Below are positions 14,186-17,733 of a DNA stretch of 17,733 nt, piece after piece (within the stretch, counting starts at the first letter, position 1; each line of letters begins with the position of its first letter). The translations under genes and the position numbers were made by a program. The notes beneath the pieces are model-generated. The model was given only the letters and a program-made list of their open reading frames with translations, searched no databases and was not told the DNA's origin. This stretch comes from a virus: UHGV virus genome UHGV-0089955; one strand, 5' to 3'.

Positions 14186-14228
14186 TACATATGCCCGGTA
14201 TTACACGCCGGGCTGTCTGGAGATAAAA

Positions 14229-14978
14229 ATGAATATTGTAACCATCAACAACAAACAGTTTCCGGTAATCGAATATCGCGGTCAGCGTGTTGTGACATTT
14301 GCAATGATTGATGACGTCCACCAGCGCCCGGAAGGTACCGCCCGTGCTGCGTTTAACCGCAACCGTTCTCACTTTATCGAAGGGGTGGATTTTCTTGAAA
14401 TGACTGCGGACGTAATACGTACGGAGTCACTTTCTGATGCCTTTGCCGCGCGAACTGCCAAAGGGATCATTCTTTTCGAGTCTGGTTACCTGATGTTGAC
14501 GAAGCCTTTTAACGATGCTCTTGCATGGCAGGTTCAGCGCGAACTGGTTAACAGCTATTTCCGAACTCATGCGCCGCTGACGGAAATGGAGATGATCGCT
14601 GCAATGGCCGCCGATGCCGTTCGCCAGCAGAAGCGCCTGAGTCATGTTGAAGAGAAGATCGAAACGGTCACCAAAGCTGTGGAGAACATCAAACGCGGCA
14701 CAATGCGCACTGGATATGTCGGTTACCGCCAGGTGGTAGCCAAAAGCGGAATGAGTGACGCCAAGTGTCGGAATCTGGTCAACGCCTACCACATCCCTAC
14801 CGACACGCACGAATTTATGACTCCGGACGGTCTGTTGTCTCGCAGGGCTGTCGTCGAGCTTGAGACATTTATGGCGGCGTTCCACCAAATGATGTCAGAG
14901 GCTGAACCACGCGGCACACGCTGGTATCACCCGAAGATGGGGCTTTTCCAGGTAATCGGATGGGAGGATAAAGCATGA
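14229..14978 (+). CDS. KilA-N/ORF6N-like domain protein (putative antirepressor-like), 249 aa
   Basis: Start set at ATG 14229 (GGAGA 6 nt upstream) rather than the track start 14154; the N-terminal region (FPVIEYRGQRVVTFAMIDDVHQRPEGTARAAFNRN) resembles KilA-N/ORF6N-type phage DNA-binding domains, a weak assignment from memory. Confidence 0.4.
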   Translation: MNIVTINNKQFPVIEYRGQRVVTFAMIDDVHQRPEGTARAAFNRNRSHFIEGVDFLEMTADVIRTESLSDAFAARTAKGIILFESGYLMLTKPFNDALAWQVQRELVNSYFRTHAPLTEMEMIAAMAADAVRQQKRLSHVEEKIETVTKAVENIKRGTMRTGYVGYRQVVAKSGMSDAKCRNLVNAYHIPTDTHEFMTPDGLLSRRAVVELETFMAAFHQMMSEAEPRGTRWYHPKMGLFQVIGWEDKA

Positions 14979-15544
14979 TCATCCAGTCAAAACTTATTCG
15001 CGCCGCTCTGGTGTGCGCTGCTAAAAACGACGTTCGTTATTACCTGAATGGTCTTCACATCACGCCAAAACATATTGAGGCAACCAATGGTTCCGTGGCA
15101 CTGCGCATGACTCACGGCATCCGGACGAAGAAAAACATCATTGTCCAGTTCGAAGGTGGCGTCCCGGCCAAAGCCGAAACGACAGAGCTGATTTTTAGTA
15201 AAGAGCCGATCGCTGTTCATCGCGACCAGTTTCAGCGCCGACTGTCCATTACCGGCATTAAATTGGTGGACGGTTGTTTTCCGGATTTGGAACGCATCAT
15301 TCCGAAAAAATTTGACCTCTGTACACACCCGGTGATCCAGGCGGGTTACCTGAGTTATCCAGAGAAGATGTTTGGTCGTGAGCGTAAATTTATTCCCGTC
15401 CAGTTACGTCCCTCCGGTGACGGGCAAGCGGTCAGAATTCAGTTTGATTCCATCATCAACTCAATGTATGGCAATCCTGAATTTGTTGTGATGCCTTGTC
15501 GTGATCATGGCGATTTCAATGTGGCTCAGGAGCATCCGGAATGA
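14975..15544 (+). CDS. truncated DNA polymerase III beta-clamp (DnaN) homologue, 189 aa, about one clamp domain plus a C-terminal extension
   Basis: Motifs matching E. coli DnaN domain II as I recall it: DVRYYLNG (identical), ATNGSVALRM vs ATDGHRLAV, KLVDGCFPDLERIIPK vs KLVDGRFPDYRRVLPK; ATGA coupling at both ends. Confidence 0.7.
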   Translation: MIIQSKLIRAALVCAAKNDVRYYLNGLHITPKHIEATNGSVALRMTHGIRTKKNIIVQFEGGVPAKAETTELIFSKEPIAVHRDQFQRRLSITGIKLVDGCFPDLERIIPKKFDLCTHPVIQAGYLSYPEKMFGRERKFIPVQLRPSGDGQAVRIQFDSIINSMYGNPEFVVMPCRDHGDFNVAQEHPE

Positions 15545-15663
15545 AAATCGAATACCAGGACGCCGCAGGAGGTGAATCAATGAGCTGGCCTGATGCAATC
15601 GTAACTCTGGGGATGGTATTCGCAGTAGCGTTTGTTGTGTACTCGATTTGTCGATGGGGATAA
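15541..15663 (+). CDS. small membrane peptide (40 aa; possibly 27 aa from the internal ATG at 15580)
   Basis: AGGAG upstream of ATG 15541; a second strong SD (GGAGGTGA) precedes the internal ATG; C-terminal hydrophobic helix AIVTLGMVFAVAFVVYSIC. Confidence 0.4.
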   Translation: MKIEYQDAAGGESMSWPDAIVTLGMVFAVAFVVYSICRWG

Positions 15664-15667
15664 CCAC

Positions 15668-15910
15668 ATGTTCGCTTTGATTCAACGCGGGCAGATATAC
15701 ACCGATAGTGCTGGCTACCCGATAAAAATTGTTCGCTGCATAAACAACACTGTGTTGTACAGAAGAATGGATGGACGAACACAGTCAGTAAAAATAAACG
15801 ATTTCAATGAACTGTTTGAACGGATTGATCACCAGGAATACCGACAAATTCTGGCAGAAACAGAGCAGGAAGCTCATCTGAAAAAATTACGGGCCATGAA
15901 AAGGAAGTAA
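15668..15910 (+). CDS. hypothetical protein (80 aa)
   Basis: ATG 15668 with GGGGA 8 nt upstream; track ORF start 15632 lacks an SD. Confidence 0.45.
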   Translation: MFALIQRGQIYTDSAGYPIKIVRCINNTVLYRRMDGRTQSVKINDFNELFERIDHQEYRQILAETEQEAHLKKLRAMKRK

Positions 15911-15913
15911 ACA

Positions 15914-16048
15914 ATGAATAAAGCATTTGAACGATGGGTCCACCAGCGTTACGGCAATCGCTATGATCTGACGCGAGATGTTGACGGTTTCTACTGTCGT
16001 GAAGTTGTGAAGCGAATGTTTGAAGTGTGGTGCCACTGCCGTGGATGA
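15914..16048 (+). CDS. hypothetical small protein (44 aa, Cys/His-containing)
   Basis: AAGGAAG 7 nt upstream of ATG 15914; below the 60-aa ORF-track cutoff. Confidence 0.35.
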   Translation: MNKAFERWVHQRYGNRYDLTRDVDGFYCREVVKRMFEVWCHCRG

Positions 16049-16066
16049 AAGTTTTATGAGGTTGGC

Positions 16067-16321
16067 ATGCAGACAATCATCTATCAGATAACCCCCAGCA
16101 AATGGTGTACGGAGAGAGTCCTTATTGCATCAACAGGGCTAAAGCCCGGCACCATCGAGCGGGCCAGAAGAAAGTCATGGATGCAGGGAAAAGAATACCG
16201 CCATTACGCTGTAGAAGGTGATCCTGGGCATTACAGTGAATGCCTGTACAACATCGAAGAAATTATGCGATGGATCGAAAACCAGAAACAACCAGGTGCC
16301 AAAAATGCAAGTTCCGGTTAA
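16067..16321 (+). CDS. xis: excisionase-like protein (84 aa)
   Basis: Small basic protein immediately upstream of and co-oriented with the integrase gene; GAGG SD; assignment mainly positional. Confidence 0.5.
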   Translation: MQTIIYQITPSKWCTERVLIASTGLKPGTIERARRKSWMQGKEYRHYAVEGDPGHYSECLYNIEEIMRWIENQKQPGAKNASSG

Positions 16322-16354
16322 CCTGTTAATGCTCCTGGACGTCTGGGAGGTTTA

Positions 16355-17641
16355 ATGAGTAACGTATCATACCCGACAGGCGTTGAAAACCATGGAGGAT
16401 CACTCCGTATATGGTTTCACTATAATGGCAAACGTGTCAGAGAAAACCTCGGTGTTCCTGACACCGCCAAAAACCGGAAGATCGCAGGTGAACTTCGCAC
16501 TTCCGTTTGTTTTGCAATCAGAATGGGGTGTTTCGACTACGCCACACAGTTCCCTAATTCCCCTAACCTGAAACACTTTGGTCTGGGAAAAAGAGAGATA
16601 ACCGTTAAGGCACTTTCGGAAAAATGGTTGGACCTTAAGAAAATTGAGATTTGTGCGAATGCACTTAATCGTTACCAGTCAGTAATTAAAAACATGTTGC
16701 CTATGTTGGGTGAGAAAAAACTGGTTTCATCCATAACAAAAGAGGATTTACTTTTCGCAAGGAGAGATTTGTTGACCGGTTACCAAAAGCTTTCTAATGG
16801 AAAGATTTCTTCCATAAAAGGGCGCTCAGTGGTCACAGTAAACTACTATATGACAACCATAGCTGGAATGTTTCAATTTGCAACAGATAATGGTTATACC
16901 TCAGGAAACCCATTTAACGGTCTGGCACCCTTAAAAAAGTCCAAGGTAAAACCAGATCCTCTCACCCGTGACGAATTTATTCGTTTTATTGAGGCTTGCC
17001 GTCATCAACAAACAAAAAACCTGTGGATTCTCGCTGTATACACGGGTATTCGTCACGGGGAGCTGGTATCGCTGGCATGGGAAGATATAGATCTTAAAGC
17101 AAGGACTATAACCATCCGTAGGAATTATACAAAACTTGGCGAATTCACTCCACCAAAAACCGATGCTGGCACCGGAAGGACAATTCATCTGGTTCAACCA
17201 GCTATTGATGCTCTTAAAAGTCAGGCGGAAATGACCATGCTTGGAAAGCAACATTCTGTAGAGGTAAAGCAGAGGGAATATGGGAGAAGTACTGTGCATA
17301 AATGCACTTTTGTTTTTAGTCCTCAGGTAATAAAACAGCGGCAGTTTTCCGGACCGCACTATAAGGTTGACTCCATCAGGGAGTCATGGACAAGTATCTT
17401 AAAACGCGCAGGTCTGAGACACAGAAAATCGTACCAATCCAGGCATACTTATGCATGCTGGTCACTTGCCGCTGGAGCTAATCCTAGTTTTATCGCAAGC
17501 CAGATGGGCCACACAAACGCACAAATGGTATTCAATGTTTACGGAGCATGGATGAAAGACAACAATCACGAACAGATAGAACTCCTTAACAAAAGACTAT
17601 CTGAAAGTGTCCCATGTATGCCCCATAAGAAAGCTGGGTAA
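16355..17641 (+). CDS. int: tyrosine recombinase / phage integrase (428 aa) with N-terminal arm-type DNA-binding domain
   Basis: N-terminal arm-binding-like region (GGSLRIWFHYNGKRVRENLG); catalytic-domain signatures (TGIRHGEL, SRHTYACW, VYGAWMK); GGAGG 4 nt upstream; last gene before the presumed att site. Confidence 0.85.
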   Translation: MSNVSYPTGVENHGGSLRIWFHYNGKRVRENLGVPDTAKNRKIAGELRTSVCFAIRMGCFDYATQFPNSPNLKHFGLGKREITVKALSEKWLDLKKIEICANALNRYQSVIKNMLPMLGEKKLVSSITKEDLLFARRDLLTGYQKLSNGKISSIKGRSVVTVNYYMTTIAGMFQFATDNGYTSGNPFNGLAPLKKSKVKPDPLTRDEFIRFIEACRHQQTKNLWILAVYTGIRHGELVSLAWEDIDLKARTITIRRNYTKLGEFTPPKTDAGTGRTIHLVQPAIDALKSQAEMTMLGKQHSVEVKQREYGRSTVHKCTFVFSPQVIKQRQFSGPHYKVDSIRESWTSILKRAGLRHRKSYQSRHTYACWSLAAGANPSFIASQMGHTNAQMVFNVYGAWMKDNNHEQIELLNKRLSESVPCMPHKKAG

Positions 17642-17733
17642 AATAAAAACTTGCAAAATCAATTAGTTTACCCTTAATCCCTGTCACGTTACGCGCGTGG
17701 CAGAGGCGTTACGGATTGCTGAAACCGCAACGG

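Noticed and set aside
14193-14213. GCCCGG ... CCGGGC hairpin between the SPFH gene and the KilA-N-like gene as a terminator
   Set aside because: 6-bp stem but no U-tract on either strand; more likely an RNA processing or stability hairpin inside the operon than a terminator.
1-17733. Insertion sequences, transposases, integrons or rRNA genes
   Set aside because: No transposase-like ORF, terminal inverted repeats or rRNA-like segments were seen; the only mobile-element signature is the prophage itself with its integrase.

Overview
This 17.7-kb window reads as one contiguous piece of an enterobacterial lambdoid prophage. Its backbone most resembles E. coli Stx-type (933W-like) phages, but no stx genes are present. 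In window order: (1) minus strand, the start of the late region, with a 64-aa membrane protein and a NanS-p-like sialate O-acetylesterase; (2) an ORF-free ~1-kb cargo slot holding two copies of a structured ~200-bp module flanked by terminators; (3) a minus-strand phage tRNA array in the ileZ-argN-argO order (Ile-like, Arg-UCG, Arg-UCU); (4) an AT-rich orphan 314-aa gene on the + strand; (5) a Q-like antiterminator with PR'/tR'-like elements; (6) a translationally coupled replication block (SF2 helicase, Toprim primase, unknown 285-aa protein); (7) a Cro/CI immunity switch whose operators share a 16-bp palindrome; (8) a + strand early-left operon from a pL-like promoter through accessory genes (HTH protein plus two small acidic proteins, a membrane-protein/SPFH-lipoprotein pair, a KilA-N-like protein, a truncated DnaN beta-clamp homologue, small peptides) to excisionase and a tyrosine integrase at the right edge. 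No CRISPR array, IS element or rRNA was seen. All calls rest on motifs, gene order and signals read directly from the sequence; homology statements rely on remembered family signatures and no database search was run. The best candidates for undescribed biology are the orphan 314-aa gene, the SPFH pair, the DnaN-domain fragment and the three-gene cassette in the position normally held by N.
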